Virus record (IMG/VR): IMGVR_UViG_3300047407_000118
Coordinates: 52,261-72,260 of that record
Reading direction: 5' to 3' (one strand)
Source: an uncultured virus (IMG/VR IMGVR_UViG_3300047407_000118)
Lineage: Duplodnaviria > Heunggongvirae > Uroviricota > Caudoviricetes
DNA: 20,000 bases
Below the pieces are notes generated by a model. The model was not told the origin of the DNA. It saw only the letters and a list, made by a program, of their open reading frames with translations, and made no database searches. Made by a program: the position numbers and the translations under genes. The stretch's first letter is position 1, and every line of letters starts with the position of its first letter. Shown in pieces: positions 1 through 10,711 of the stretch.

Positions 1-2005
1 ATCCGGTACCGCCTGATCCCAACAACATAACCGGATAGGTCCAGTAGTTGTTGGTAACAGTACTGGGTGTGCCATTTATCTGCCAGCGTTGATAATTGGC
101 ACTGTTGGCTCGATCCTGTATGGTTATTACTTCGGTATTCTGGATCAGAGCCAAGAATATGTCAATGTCCTGACCATCATCTGTGAGGTGATCAATATTG
201 ATAGATGTGGCACTGGTCTGGGCCAAGTTATTCCAGATTACCTTGCCATCACCTGGATCACCACTGGTACTACCAGTATTGGCTCGATAATTGAATAGGT
301 TGCTACTGCTACCTTGATTACCTTGCGTACCCTGTGTGCCTGTAGCACCCTGTGTGCCTTGAATGCCTTGAGTACCCGTGATGCCTTGCACGCCTTGTGC
401 ACCTGTGGTGCCTTGGGCACCTGTGATGCCTTGAGTGCCTTGTATACCCGTGGTTCCTTGTACACCTTGTGTGCCTGTAGTGCCTTGTGCACCCGTGGTG
501 CCTTGTGCACCTGTTGTGCCCTGAGCACCTGTTGTGCCTTGTGTACCTAGAGTGCCTTGAGCACCTTGGGTGCCTTGTGCGCCTGTGGCGCCTTGTGCGC
601 CTGTGGTACCTGTTGTGCCCTGAGTACCTGTGGTGCCTTGTGTGCCATTTGTTCCTGCAGTACCCTGTGTACCATCTGTGCCCTGTGCACCTGTTGTGCC
701 CTGAGCACCTGTTGTGCCTTGTGTACCTGTTGTGCCTTGTGTACCTGTGGTGCCTTGTGTACCTGTGGTACCTGTTGTGCCTTGGGCTCCGGTTGTGCCT
801 TGTGTGCCTGTGGTACCTTGTGTACCTGCGGTACCTTGTGAGCCAGTGGTACCTTGATTGCCCGCAGTGCCTTGCGTACCAGTTTGTCCTTGGATGCCCG
901 TGGTGCCTTGAGCACCTGTGGTACCCTGTGCACCTGTTACCCCTTGAACGCCTTGTGTACCTGTAGTGCCTTGTGCACCCGTGGCGCCTTGAGCTCCGGT
1001 TATACCTTGTGTGCCATCCGTGCCTTGTGTACCTGTGGCACCTTGAGTACCTGTGATGCCTTGAGTACCTACAGTGCCTTGCACGCCTTGCAAGCCCACA
1101 GTGCCTTGTGCACCCTGTACACCCTGTGTGCCGAGAATGCCTTGGAGACCCTGTGTACCTAGAGTACCTTGTACACCCTGAGTACCTACAGTTCCTTGCA
1201 CACCTTGTGTGCCTTGAACACCCTGTGTGCCCGTAGTACCTTGTGAGCCAGTTGCGCCTTGAGCACCCACGGTGCCTTGGCTACCAATCACGCCCTGCGC
1301 ACCTGTGACGCCTTGAGCACCTGTGGTACCTTGTGCGCCTGTGGTACCTTGAGTGCCTTGACTACCTGTGGTGCCTTGTGTGCCGTCTGTGCCCTGACTA
1401 CCGGTAGTGCCCTGTGTACCCGTTGTGCCTTGAGCACCTGTGACGCCTTGAGCACCTGTGACGCCTTGATTACCAATTATGCCCTGGAGACCTTGTGTGC
1501 CTGTAGTGCCCTGACTACCAGTAGTGCCCTGGATTCCCGTAGTACCTTGCGCACCTGTGACGCCTTGAGTGCCCGTGACACCTTGAGATCCCAAGATACC
1601 CTGGATGCCTTGCGCACCTGTTGCACCTTGCGCACCCGTGACACCATTGACCAAGGCCACAAATAGATTAGTTTCGTCTGCAAAATTGCTTGATCCGGTA
1701 CCGCCTGATCCCAACAACATAACCGGATAGGTCCAGTAGTTGTTGGGTACCGAAGTGGGTGTACCATTTACCTGCCAGCGTTGATAATTGGCACTGTTGG
1801 CTCGATCCTGTATGGTTATTACTTCGGTATTCTGGATCAATGCCAAGAATATGTCAATGTCCTGACCACCGTCGGTTAGATGACTGATATTGATTGATGT
1901 GGCGTTGACTTGGGTGGCGTTGTTCCACAACAGATGACCGCTACCAGGATCACCACTGATTATGTTGGTATCTGACTTGTAATTGAATAGATTACTGCTA
2001 GAGCC
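1..2005 (-). repeat. Duplicated ~110-120 aa non-collagen domain within the giant fibre (copies at ~1-313 and ~1646-2005, offset 1692 bp)
   Basis: Both copies encode SSSNLFNY...SGDPG.G...[50 protein letters not shown]....[17 protein letters not shown]. Nucleotides 1-54 are identical to 1693-1746. Confidence 0.95.
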
Positions 2006-5000
2006 AGTATTACCTTGGCTGCCTGTAGTGCCTTGTGTGCCAGTTGTGCCTTGTGTGCCCGTGGTACCTGTGACGCCTTGAGCGCCTGTTGAGCCTTGGG
2101 CACCTGCAATACCCTGTGCGCCCGTGGTACCTTGGCTTCCAGCTACCCCTTGTGTTCCTGTGGTGCCTTGAGCACCTGTGACGCCTTGCCCGCCCGTGAC
2201 ACCTTGTGTGCCCTGTGTGCCTGTGACGCCTTGAGCGCCTGTGGTGCCTTGTGTGCCCGTAGCGCCTTGTGAGCCTGTTGTGCCCTGTGTGCCTGTGACG
2301 CCTTGCGCTCCTGTGGTGCCTTGACCGCCAGTTGATCCTTGTGTGCCCGTAGTGCCCTGACTACCCGTAGTACCCTGAGCACCCGTAGTGCCTTGTGTAC
2401 CCGTAGTGCCCTGTACGCCCGTAGTGCCTTGTGCACCTGTTGAGCCTTGGGTACCCTCAACTCCTTGGATACCTTGAATACCTTCTACACCTTGAGCACC
2501 TGTGACACCTTGGGTTCCAGTAACCCCTTGAACCCCCGTGGTGCCTTGTGCACCTTGTGCACCTGTAATGCCCTGAGTACCTACAGTACCTTGGGCACCT
2601 GTTGAACCTTGGGTACCCGTGGCTCCTTGCACTCCCTGTGTGCCCGTAGTACCTTGTGCACCCGTGGTGCCTTGGCCTCCTGTCGCCCCTTGTGTGCCTT
2701 GTGTGCCTGTGGTACCTTGTACACCCTGTGTACCAGTTTGCCCTTGGACTCCTTGTGCTCCAGTAGTACCTTGCGAGCCTGTCACTCCTTGCGTACCCTG
2801 TGTACCTGTGACGCCTTGTGCGCCATCTGTGCCCTGTGCACCTGTGGTGCCTTGACCTCCGGTAGCACCTTGTGTACCCTGTGTACCTGTGGTGCCTTGT
2901 GTGCCCGTGATGCCTTGGCCGCCTGTGGCACCTTGACTACCTGTGGTGCCTTGTGTGCCTTGACTACCAGTAGATCCCTGCGCACCTGTGGTGCCCTGTG
3001 CGCCATCCACACCTTGTACACCTTGTGTACCAGTGGTACCTTGTACACCTTGGCCGCCTGTAACACCTTGTGTGCCTTGTGTACCTGTTGTGCCTTGAGC
3101 ACCCGTAACGCCTTGGGTGCCTTGCGTACCGGTTTGTCCTTGAGTTCCTGTGGTGCCTTGTGCACCAGTGACGCCTTGAGTTCCTCCTACTCCCTGTACA
3201 CCTTGGCTGCCTACAATACCTTGGGTGCCTGTGGTTCCTTGTGCACCTGTAGTGCCCTGCGTACCTGTGGCGCCTTGTGTGCCTGTGGTACCTTGTGTAC
3301 CCGTAACGCCCTGTGCGCCATCTGTACCCTGAGCGCCTGTGATGCCTTGTGTGCCAGTTGTGCCCTGAGTGCCTGTGGTGCCCTGTGAGCCAGTTGTACC
3401 TTGTGTGCCAGTTGTACCTTGTGTGCCAGTTGTACCTTGGGAGCCAGTTGTACCTTGGGAGCCGGTTGTACCTTGTGCGCCTGCGGGTCCGGGCGTACCA
3501 CCAAGATTTACCTCCCAAGATGTGTAACTACCGGTTCCCGTTGCTGTGGTAATATTGGCCACCATGGCGCCGGTACCACTGTCATAACTGGTAACAGTAC
3601 CATCCATGTAGTTGTTGGCATCGTAACTGATGATAATGTTCTGAGATGGGATATAGGCCAGGCTGGTTCCCACCGTGAGAGATTTAGATCCTGTGCCAAT
3701 GGATAGATTGGTTGAGCTAGTGGTTTGATAGGCATCGCCTGTGATGCCTTGTGATCCAATCGTGCCTTGTACACCCTGCGTACCTTGCGAGCCATTTGTT
3801 CCCTGTGTACCTGTAGTGCCTTGACTACCTACAGTACCTTGCGAACCAGTAGTGCCTTGGATACCTGTGATACCTTGGCCGCCTGTAACTCCCTGTGTAC
3901 CCTGTGTGCCTTGCGTACCTGTGACACCTTGACCGCCCACAGCACCTTGACTGCCTACCGCGCCCTGTACGCCCTGACCTCCCACTGCACCCTGTACACC
4001 TTGAGTGCCCGTGATACCTTGAGTGCCCGTAGTGCCTTGTGCACCAGTAGATCCTTGAGCGCCAAGAACTCCCTGTGTGCCTTGTGTGCCAGTATTGCCT
4101 TGTGTGCCCGTAGTTCCTTGAGCACCTGTGGTGCCCTGTGTACCCGTAGAGCCTTGAGCTCCTTGACTACCTGTGGTTCCTTGCGAGCCCGCAGTACCCT
4201 GTGTGCCTGTTATGCCTTGTGAGCCAGTAGTGCCTTGTACACCTGTCGCGCCTTGCGAGCCCGTAGTGCCTTGTGTGCCAGTTGTACCCTGTGATCCAAT
4301 CGTGCCTTGTGTGCCTTGACTACCTGTGGTGCCTTGCGAGCCCGCAGTACCCTGTGTGCCTGTGGTGCCTTGAGCACCTGTGGTGCCTTGGCCGCCCGTG
4401 ACACCTTGTGTGCCTTGAGTGCCCGTAACGCCCTGTGTGCCAGTTGTACCTTGTGCTCCAGTTTGTCCTTGACTACCGGTCACTCCCTGCGTACCCTGTG
4501 TGCCTGTGACGCCTTGCACTCCTGTAGTGCCTTGTGTGCCTGCGGTGCCCTGCGTACCTGTGGTGCCTTGTGATCCAACCGTACCTTGTGATCCGGTAGT
4601 GCCTTGTGTGCCCGTAGTGCCTTGTGCACCAACGGTGCCTTGCGATCCTAGGGTGCCTTGAACACCTTGACTGCCTACGATACCTTGTGCACCAGTCTGA
4701 CCTTGCGTACCTGTGGTGCCTTGAGTACCCGTGATGCCTTGTGTACCCGTGGTGCCTTGTGTTCCCTGTGTGCCTGTAGTGCCTTGCGCACCCGTGATGC
4801 CTTGAGCGCCTGTGGCTCCTTGCACACCTTGAATTCCAGTAGTACCTTGGCTGCCCACGCTACCTTGTACGCCTACCAGGCCTTGTGTGCCTACCACGCC
4901 TTGGAGACCTGTGGTTCCTTGCAAACCCTCAGTACCCTGTGTGCCCGTAGTGCCCTGAGTGCCCGTGGTACCCTGTGTGCCTGTGGTACCTTGCGCACCT

Positions 5001-5881
5001 GTGGTGCCTTGAGTGCCCGTGGTACCCTGTGTGCCTGTGGTACCTTGTGCGCCATCTGTTCCCTGTGTGCCTACCACGCCCTGGATGCCTTGTGCACCCA
5101 CGGTGCCTTGACTTCCGGCTACGCCCTGACTGCCTGTGGTACCTTGGGTGCCACTCACTATGGACTGGCCGTTGGCTAGATAGAATGCATCGCCTACGAT
5201 ATTGCCGGCGGTTGTCAGTCCCTCGGCAGAAAACGTGGTCTGGCTACCAGTAGGATCACTGAGGATAAGGCTGTCGGCATTGGCCGAGATCTCAGCTGAA
5301 CCCAGATATATGGTGCTGTTGGATAGATAGAGGTCGCGCCAACGAGCTGTGTCACTGCCTAGATCATAGGTGATGTTGGCTGCGGGTTCTAGATTGGCTG
5401 CGAATGTCACCTGGTTGCTGGCAAAAACAACCACATTACCGGTGCCGTTGATGCCCACTGTGATATTGCTGTCAGCTGCTAACACGCTCACGTTGGAAGT
5501 ACCATTGGCGATGGCAGTACCATTGCCTGCACCGCCGCCGGAGATACCGGTTAGAAATCTACCATTGCCATAATAGTAGCGGCTGTAGGTGCTGTCAAAG
5601 TAGCGATTGGCCGATCCTAGGTCATAAACGGAATCTATATTGGGCACCACGGTACTGGCCATGGTCACATTGCCTATCCCGTTGCCGGCTAAGACCAGAT
5701 CTAGATTGGTTTCATTGGTACTGACACGATTGTTGGAGATCTGGACTTGGCTGTTGACCGGTCCCGCTGTCCATATATTGGCAAAATTGTTATTGACCGC
5801 TTGAAAAGCGTCGCGCAGACTTTCACCCGTGCCGTCATTTACCGCACCGATGTCTATTAGCTGTTGTGGTGTATCGCTCAT
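1..5881 (-). CDS. Giant collagen-like fibre protein (>1960 aa, 3'-partial) with T4 gp9/gp10-like N-terminal motif and interspersed globular domains
   Basis: Hand translation from ATG at 5881-5879 gives [33 protein letters not shown]..., similar to the T4 gp10 N-terminal DGTGDxLR...NxNF motif. Gly-X-Y repeats ([12 protein letters not shown]) begin at 5152. The frame is the same at 5152, 3739, 3499, 2005, 1645, 313 and 4. The ORF track reports nothing in this frame, consistent with no stop before the window edge. TAAATA box and AGGA lie upstream. Confidence 0.9.
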   Translation of the reverse strand, partial: MSDTPQQLIDIGAVNDGTGESLRDAFQAVNNNFANIWTAGPVNSQVQISNNRVSTNETNLDLVLAGNGIGNVTMASTVVPNIDSVYDLGSANRYFDSTYSRYYYGNGRFLTGISGGGAGNGTAIANGTSNVSVLAADSNITVGINGTGNVVVFASNQVTFAANLEPAANITYDLGSDTARWRDLYLSNSTIYLGSAEISANADSLILSDPTGSQTTFSAEGLTTAGNIVGDAFYLANGQSIVSGTQGTTGSQGVAGSQGTVGAQGIQGVVGTQGTDGAQGTTGTQGTTGTQGTTGAQGTTGTQGTTGTQGTTGTQGTEGLQGTTGLQGVVGTQGLVGVQGSVGSQGTTGIQGVQGATGAQGITGAQGTTGTQGTQGTTGTQGITGTQGTTGTQGQTGAQGIVGSQGVQGTLGSQGTVGAQGTTGTQGTTGSQGTVGSQGTTGTQGTAGTQGTTGVQGVTGTQGTQGVTGSQGQTGAQGTTGTQGVTGTQGTQGVTGGQGTTGAQGTTGTQGTAGSQGTTGSQGTQGTIGSQGTTGTQGTTGSQGATGVQGTTGSQGITGTQGTAGSQGTTGSQGAQGSTGTQGTTGAQGTTGTQGNTGTQGTQGVLGAQGSTGAQGTTGTQGITGTQGVQGAVGGQGVQGAVGSQGAVGGQGVTGTQGTQGTQGVTGGQGITGIQGTTGSQGTVGSQGTTGTQGTNGSQGTQGVQGTIGSQGITGDAYQTTSSTNLSIGTGSKSLTVGTSLAYIPSQNIIISYDANNYMDGTVTSYDSGTGAMVANITTATGTGSYTSWEVNLGGTPGPAGAQGTTGSQGTTGSQGTTGTQGTTGTQGTTGSQGTTGTQGTTGTQGITGAQGTDGAQGVTGTQGTTGTQGATGTQGTTGAQGTTGTQGIVGSQGVQGVGGTQGVTGAQGTTGTQGQTGTQGTQGVTGAQGTTGTQGTQGVTGGQGVQGTTGTQGVQGVDGAQGTTGAQGSTGSQGTQGTTGSQGATGGQGITGTQGTTGTQGTQGATGGQGTTGAQGTDGAQGVTGTQGTQGVTGSQGTTGAQGVQGQTGTQGVQGTTGTQGTQGATGGQGTTGAQGTTGTQGVQGATGTQGSTGAQGTVGTQGITGAQGAQGTTGVQGVTGTQGVTGAQGVEGIQGIQGVEGTQGSTGAQGTTGVQGTTGTQGTTGAQGTTGSQGTTGTQGSTGGQGTTGAQGVTGTQGTTGSQGATGTQGTTGAQGVTGTQGTQGVTGGQGVTGAQGTTGTQGVAGSQGTTGAQGIAGAQGSTGAQGVTGTTGTQGTTGTQGTTGSQGNTGSSSNLFNYKSDTNIISGDPGSGHLLWNNATQVNATSINISHLTDGGQDIDIFLALIQNTEVITIQDRANSANYQRWQVNGTPTSVPNNYWTYPVMLLGSGGTGSSNFADETNLFVALVNGVTGAQGATGAQGIQGILGSQGVTGTQGVTGAQGTTGIQGTTGSQGTTGTQGLQGIIGNQGVTGAQGVTGAQGTTGTQGTTGSQGTDGTQGTTGSQGTQGTTGAQGTTGAQGVTGAQGVIGSQGTVGAQGATGSQGTTGTQGVQGTQGVQGTVGTQGVQGTLGTQGLQGILGTQGVQGAQGTVGLQGVQGTVGTQGITGTQGATGTQGTDGTQGITGAQGATGAQGTTGTQGVQGVTGAQGTTGAQGTTGIQGQTGTQGTAGNQGTTGSQGTAGTQGTTGTQGTTGAQGTTGTTGTQGTTGTQGTTGTQGTTGAQGTTGAQGTDGTQGTAGTNGTQGTTGTQGTTGTTGAQGATGAQGTQGAQGTLGTQGTTGAQGTTGAQGTTGAQGTTGTQGVQGTTGIQGTQGITGAQGTTGAQGVQGITGTQGIQGTQGATGTQGTQGNQGSSSNLFNYRANTGSTSGDPGDGKVIWNNLAQTSATSINIDHLTDDGQDIDIFLALIQNTEVITIQDRANSANYQRWQINGTPSTVTNNYWTYPVMLLGSGGTG

Positions 5882-5883
5882 TT

Positions 5884-5925
5884 AGTGGGATCCTATAGGA
5901 TATTTACCAATTTAGATCCCAAACT
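5884..5925 (-). promoter_or_regulatory. T4-late-like promoter box (GTAAATA, 5907-5901) inside a TGGGATC/GATCCCA inverted repeat that overlaps the RBS
   Basis: Minus strand reads TTTGGGATCTAAATTGGTAAATATCCTATAGGATCCCACTAA-ATG. Confidence 0.55.
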
Positions 5926-5933
5926 ATTTTGCG

Positions 5934-8900
5934 CTAGACTCTGCCCACCACGATTTCAATCAGGCCCTGATCGCCCTCAAAGTTTTCCAGACTCTTGCCT
6001 ATAATAGCACCAGTTGGGGGGTCTGCATCCGATCTGGCCGCGCCGTTGCCCGCGCTCACCATCATGTCGCCCTTGCGTATCACGCCCGTGACACGGGTTT
6101 TTACCCGCCCCTGCAGAGCCAGCAGTACCGGATGTTCAGCTGATATGCCCGCGTTCATGACGTGTCCCGGACCGGTACTGACCACACCGGCCACGGCTCG
6201 ATCACCATCAACTGAACTGATAGTTACTTCGTGTGTGCCACCAAAGCAGAGCACAGTACCCGGTTCATAGTCTTGATCGGCGCTGTATTTTTCGGCCAAG
6301 TCGGCATATTGAGCTTGTGTTGATGTGACCTGTAGCGTGTTATTTGCTGCATCAAAACTGAATGCCGTGGCTGCTGTTCGAACTGAGGCTGTTTGGTTGC
6401 TACCGGCTGCGGCCACAAAAACCGGATAGAATGTACCAGTTGTGACCGCTGTGGCATTGATAGCCGTACTGGGTCCAGTGGAGCCCTGAGTGCCCGTGGA
6501 GCCCTGAGTGCCCGTGGAACCCTGAGCGCCTGTAGCACCTTGAGTACCAGTACCTGTGGTACCCTGTGCACCTGTTGTGCCTTGTGCACCTGTGGTGCCT
6601 TGTGTGCCATTTGTTCCTGCAGTACCCTGTGCACCTGTGGTGCCTTGAGCACCTGTGGTACCTTGTGTGCCATTTGTTCCTGCAGTACCCTGTGCACCTG
6701 TGGTGCCTTGAGCACCTGTAGTACCTTGTGTGCCATTTGTTCCTGCAGTACCCTGTGCACCTGTGGTGCCTTGTGCGCCATTTGTTCCACTAGTACCCTG
6801 TGCACCTGTGGTGCCTTGTGTGCCATTTGTTCCACTAGTACCCTGTGCACCTGTGGTGCCTTGGGCACCTGTAGTACCTTGTGTGCCATTTGTTCCTGCA
6901 GTACCCTGTGCACCTGTGGTGCCTTGTGCGCCATTTGTTCCACTAGTACCCTGTGCACCTGTGGTGCCTTGAGCACCTGTGGTGCCTTGTGCACCTGTGG
7001 TGCCTTGTGTGCCATTTGTTCCACTAGTACCCTGTGCACCTGTGGTGCCTTGGCCGCCGGTGGCACCTTGTGTGCCATTTGTTCCACTAGTACCCTGTGC
7101 ACCTGTAGCACCTTGGCCGCCAGTGGCACCTTGTGTGCCATTTGTTCCACTAGTACCCTGTGCACCTGTGGTGCCTTGAGTGCCAGTACCTGTGGTGCCT
7201 TGTGCACCTGTGGTACCTTGTGTGCCATTTGTTCCACTAGTACCCTGTGCACCTGTGGTACCCTGTGCACCTGTGGTGCCTTGTGCGCCATTTGTTCCAC
7301 TAGTACCCTGTGCACCTGTAGTGCCTTGTGTGCCATTTGTTCCACTAGTACCCTGTGCACCTGTGGTGCCTTGTGCACCTGTTGTACCTTGAGCACCTGT
7401 GGTACCTTGTGTGCCATTTGTTCCACTAGTACCCTGTGCACCTGTGGTGCCTTGAGCACCTGTAGCACCTTGTGTGCCATTTGTTCCATTAGTACCCTGT
7501 GCACCTGTGGTGCCTTGGCTACCAGTAGCACCTTGACTACCTGTGATACCTTGAGCACCTGTTGTTCCTTGAACACCTGAACCTGTAGTGCCTTGAGTAC
7601 CTTGGGTACCCGTAGCTCCTTGGGTACCAGTAATTCCCTGTCGACCTTGAATACCTTGAGTGCCCTGTGCACCTGTGGTGCCTTGGCTACCAGTAGCACC
7701 TTGACTACCTGTGGTGCCTTGAGCACCTGTGGTGCCTTGAGAACCTGCACCTGTGGTGCCTTGTGGTCCCGGAGTTCCACCAAGATTTACTGACCAAGAA
7801 CTATAAGTACCAGATCCAGTAGTACTAGTAATATTGGTTACTAGCTGTCCAGTACCGCTGTTATAACTGGTAACAGTTCCTGACATATAATTGCTACCGT
7901 CATATGAGATAACAATATTTTGAGATGAGATATATGCTAAATTGGTACCAACAGTTATCGTTTGACTGCCAGTTGCAATAGTCAGACTAGTTGAGCTAGT
8001 GGTTACATAAGCGTCGCCAGTTATACCTTGTGAACCTAGAATACCTTGCGATCCAGTGCTGCCTTGACTACCTGTAGCACCTTGGGTACCTGTGGCTCCT
8101 TGGGTACCAGTAATTCCCTGTCGACCTTGAATACCTTGAGTGCCCTGTGCACCTGTAGTGCCTTGGCCACCAGTAGCGCCTTGACTACCTGTAGCACCTT
8201 GACTACCTGTGATGCCTTGCGCACCTGTGATGCCTTGGCCGCCGGTGGCACCTTGTGTGCCATTTGTTCCACTGGTACCCTGTGCACCTGTGGTGCCTTG
8301 TGTGCCATTTGTTCCACTGGTACCCTGTGCACCTGTGGTGCCTTGGCCACCAGTAGCGCCTTGACTACCTGTGATGCCTTGAGTACCTGCACCTGTGGTG
8401 CCTTGGCCACCAGTAGCGCCTTGGCCACCAGTAGCGCCTTGACTACCTGTGGTGCCTTGAGTACCTGCACCTGTGGTGCCTTGGCCACCAGTAGCGCCTT
8501 GTGTTCCCAATAAACCTTGAACGCCTTGAGTGCCCATGGTTCCTTGGCTGCCTGTGACACCTTGAGCACCTGTGCTACCTTGTGTTCCTTGTATTCCGGT
8601 AGCTCCTTGAGGACCGGTTGTGCCTTGCGCACCAGATCCAGTACTGCCCTGTATGCCCGTGGCACCTTGAGCACCAGAAGCTTGCACAGCCACACCATTG
8701 GCATATTGGAATCCTGCAGCAATGACGTTGCCAACTGCTGTGACTTTACCGCTAGAAAACACATTTCCGCTGGCAGAAATTGCACCAGTGGCATTGACAT
8801 TTGCACCCTGGACATTGCCCGATGCTGATACTGTAACACCTTGCACCAGCGCGGCAGATATTAGATTACCACTGGTGACATTTCCCGAAACTGAAACTGT

Positions 8901-9230
8901 GGTCCCAGTATGGATCACTGCGTTGACATTGGCCCCACCAAGTATATTGGCACCAGTAATATTGCCCGTGACTGATAGTCCAGTACCGTTGAATATTGCT
9001 GCTTGAGATCCACCAATACCCACTGTGACCGCACCGCCGGCGCTGACCACCTTGACATTGCTGGTACCATTGGTTATTTGATTAACCGATACGTTGCCAC
9101 CAATACTGGTATTTCCGTTGATGGTTAGATCCCCGGTGATGGTAGTTGCCCCAGCCGAAAGCTTGATCGAATCTGTAGGATCTATGGTTTCGATGGTGTA
9201 ATTGCCGCTAACGCGCTTGATTGTGCTCAT
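5934..9230 (-). CDS. Collagen-like tail fibre/appendage protein (1098 aa) with C-terminal Peptidase G2-like intramolecular chaperone domain
   Basis: N-terminal GNITG/VSASGNV beta-repeats. Gly-X-Y region at ~8675-6478 with one globular insert (~8020-7780). C-terminus AQYADLAEKY...EPGTV...GVVST...ALQGRV...KGD...IIGKSL...IEIVVGRV resembles the DxAE autoproteolytic chaperone of the phi29 gp12 type. Ends in TAG. AAGGA lies upstream of the ATG. Confidence 0.9.
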   Translation of the reverse strand: MSTIKRVSGNYTIETIDPTDSIKLSAGATTITGDLTINGNTSIGGNVSVNQITNGTSNVKVVSAGGAVTVGIGGSQAAIFNGTGLSVTGNITGANILGGANVNAVIHTGTTVSVSGNVTSGNLISAALVQGVTVSASGNVQGANVNATGAISASGNVFSSGKVTAVGNVIAAGFQYANGVAVQASGAQGATGIQGSTGSGAQGTTGPQGATGIQGTQGSTGAQGVTGSQGTMGTQGVQGLLGTQGATGGQGTTGAGTQGTTGSQGATGGQGATGGQGTTGAGTQGITGSQGATGGQGTTGAQGTSGTNGTQGTTGAQGTSGTNGTQGATGGQGITGAQGITGSQGATGSQGATGGQGTTGAQGTQGIQGRQGITGTQGATGTQGATGSQGSTGSQGILGSQGITGDAYVTTSSTSLTIATGSQTITVGTNLAYISSQNIVISYDGSNYMSGTVTSYNSGTGQLVTNITSTTGSGTYSSWSVNLGGTPGPQGTTGAGSQGTTGAQGTTGSQGATGSQGTTGAQGTQGIQGRQGITGTQGATGTQGTQGTTGSGVQGTTGAQGITGSQGATGSQGTTGAQGTNGTNGTQGATGAQGTTGAQGTSGTNGTQGTTGAQGTTGAQGTTGAQGTSGTNGTQGTTGAQGTSGTNGAQGTTGAQGTTGAQGTSGTNGTQGTTGAQGTTGTGTQGTTGAQGTSGTNGTQGATGGQGATGAQGTSGTNGTQGATGGQGTTGAQGTSGTNGTQGTTGAQGTTGAQGTTGAQGTSGTNGAQGTTGAQGTAGTNGTQGTTGAQGTTGAQGTSGTNGTQGTTGAQGTSGTNGAQGTTGAQGTAGTNGTQGTTGAQGTTGAQGTAGTNGTQGTTGAQGTTGAQGTAGTNGTQGTTGAQGTTGAQGTTGTGTQGATGAQGSTGTQGSTGTQGSTGPSTAINATAVTTGTFYPVFVAAAGSNQTASVRTAATAFSFDAANNTLQVTSTQAQYADLAEKYSADQDYEPGTVLCFGGTHEVTISSVDGDRAVAGVVSTGPGHVMNAGISAEHPVLLALQGRVKTRVTGVIRKGDMMVSAGNGAARSDADPPTGAIIGKSLENFEGDQGLIEIVVGRV
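6560..7510 (-). repeat. Near-perfect tandem repeats (45/63-bp units) encoding [15 protein letters not shown](GAQGTT)
   Basis: The unit tgtgccatttgttccactagtaccctgtgcacctgtggtgcct recurs many times on the + strand. Confidence 0.9.
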
Positions 9231-9818
9231 CTAAAGGTCCTTTGGATTATTTAGTCGTCGTTGTAGGTCTTCTAGATCCAGATGAAACAGGTTAGCCAAT
9301 CCATCAAATTGAGCAATATGCGCCGTGGTTGATCCACGCACTCGGACAAAACGTATCCGCGGGAAATCGCCGGCGATACGCAGAATCTGCCGTGTCCAAT
9401 TACCGGTATAAGTGGGTTGACTGCTGCTTTTTTTGTAGAATTCGGTATCCGCATACACATTGTTGAACAGATCGCCCGGCATTGGCCCCATATCAAATCC
9501 CACGAGATATATGGGATCATGATGGGCCAGTGCAGCCAAACTCACGGCCAATGGACCTGAACTAAATCCAAAATACTGCTGGGGTACAGACTTGGCACCT
9601 AGACCCGGAATAGGTTTACGAGTATAGAACTCGTATTGAGCCGAATAGCCACTCTCTTGTATGGCCGTGCTTATGGGTCTATCTGTAGACACCAATACTG
9701 TGGGTATAAATTCACGATAGAGAGCATTACAACCATAGACGGGACCATGTCTTTTTACCTGATCCAGATCCAGCCCCATGCGACTGCGCCCGTTACCCAA
9801 CACAAAAGCCACACTCAT
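9231..9818 (-). CDS. CstII/Maf (DUF115)-like glycosyltransferase-fold protein, 195 aa
   Basis: Motifs AFVLGNGRSR, YGCNALY, SSGPLA and IYLVGFDM match the GNGPS...CN...SG...IYL.G.D pattern of CstII-type sialyltransferase/Maf/MptE-like proteins. GGAGG SD upstream. The TAG stop directly abuts the next ATG. Confidence 0.7.
   Translation of the reverse strand: MSVAFVLGNGRSRMGLDLDQVKRHGPVYGCNALYREFIPTVLVSTDRPISTAIQESGYSAQYEFYTRKPIPGLGAKSVPQQYFGFSSGPLAVSLAALAHHDPIYLVGFDMGPMPGDLFNNVYADTEFYKKSSSQPTYTGNWTRQILRIAGDFPRIRFVRVRGSTTAHIAQFDGLANLFHLDLEDLQRRLNNPKDL
9248..9254 (-). promoter_or_regulatory. T4-late-like promoter box CTAAATA upstream of the 9230 fibre gene
   Basis: Minus strand reads CTAAATAATCCAAAGGACCTTTAG-ATG. 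The box lies within the 3' end of the upstream CDS. Confidence 0.5.
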
Positions 9819-9850
9819 AAAAAATCCTCCCAGTAGTTATCTGGGAGGAT
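9819..9850 (-). terminator. Intrinsic terminator hairpin that also sequesters the GGAGG SD of the next gene, with ATAACTA (late-box variant) in the loop
   Basis: Perfect 10-bp stem ATCCTCCCAG (9824-9833) / CTGGGAGGAT (9841-9850) with a 7-nt loop. On the minus strand it is followed by a T-tract and then the ATG at 9818. Confidence 0.8.
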
Positions 9851-9869
9851 CCTTTTGGTTTGACAAATG

Positions 9870-10697
9870 TTACGAAGTAAGGTTGTTGATCTGGGCCAAT
9901 TGCAGACTACCATTCTGTGCGGAAGCACCATTGATAACTTCTGCACCAGACCATGTGACCGTACCTTCATCAGTGAAGAAGTTGGTGGGATAAAAGTTTT
10001 CGCTACTTTGTACATTGGTACCATAGTTGCTGTCAGCGTAGTTGCCATAGGTCATGCCATTCCAGTCACGTACCCATTTATTGGTGATATAAGAAGCGTA
10101 AACAGCCGAACTATCACCCACAGAGTATGCCACGCTCATATATCCTGCGCTGGGAGAACCAGTGTTGGCCAGAACACAGATACCCACATTCCACACGGTA
10201 CCGTTGTCAACAACAGCCGAACTACCACTGATAGTGGCTGTGAAAATATCACCCTGTGCTGCATTGGGGCTAGCACCAAACTGAGACCAATCTGTACCGC
10301 TGGCACTGTTGATCATATAGGTATTACCGGCCACGATGTCCTCATCTTGTATGTCCGAGGCTTTGGCCACCAAGAATTTGTGTGCACCCTTTTGGCGCAA
10401 GATGCGGCCCGATCCCGAACCAGTGCTAGAACCGCTGTTTAGTACGATATTGACCGTGCAGTTGATGTAGGGATTGGCAGCTGATCCCTGACCTTCTTGG
10501 AATCCACCCACCACGCCCAGATAATCCGAGGCGCTGAGTGTGCCAGCTGAGTTGTAAACCGGATCTGTCAGTGACCCAAAGTTGGGATAACCCACATCCA
10601 CATTGACCGCGGCTGCGGGTTGATTTATGGTACCATCGGCGTTGATCGTGATGCCCTGTGCAGGACCACGTTTGGAGATTTTGAGAGCTCGACCCAT
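9870..10697 (-). CDS. Hypothetical protein, probably virion structural (275 aa)
   Basis: Clean ORF MGRALKISK... rich in G/S/N/T/A. AAGGA SD, late box upstream, terminator downstream. Function inferred from context only. Confidence 0.75.
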   Translation of the reverse strand: MGRALKISKRGPAQGITINADGTINQPAAAVNVDVGYPNFGSLTDPVYNSAGTLSASDYLGVVGGFQEGQGSAANPYINCTVNIVLNSGSSTGSGSGRILRQKGAHKFLVAKASDIQDEDIVAGNTYMINSASGTDWSQFGASPNAAQGDIFTATISGSSAVVDNGTVWNVGICVLANTGSPSAGYMSVAYSVGDSSAVYASYITNKWVRDWNGMTYGNYADSNYGTNVQSSENFYPTNFFTDEGTVTWSGAEVINGASAQNGSLQLAQINNLTS

Positions 10698-10711
10698 TTT
10701 GTTTGTTCCTT

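Noticed and set aside
6560..7510. Regular repeats resembling a CRISPR array
   Set aside because: There are no unique spacers, and unit lengths are multiples of 9 nt encoding collagen triplets.
89..9006. Many Cys-rich (CTCGALC...), VP-rich and HKAPQV-type ORFs in the ORF track
   Set aside because: They are antisense or alternate-frame shadows of the Gly-X-Y codon repeats and have no RBS or independent features.
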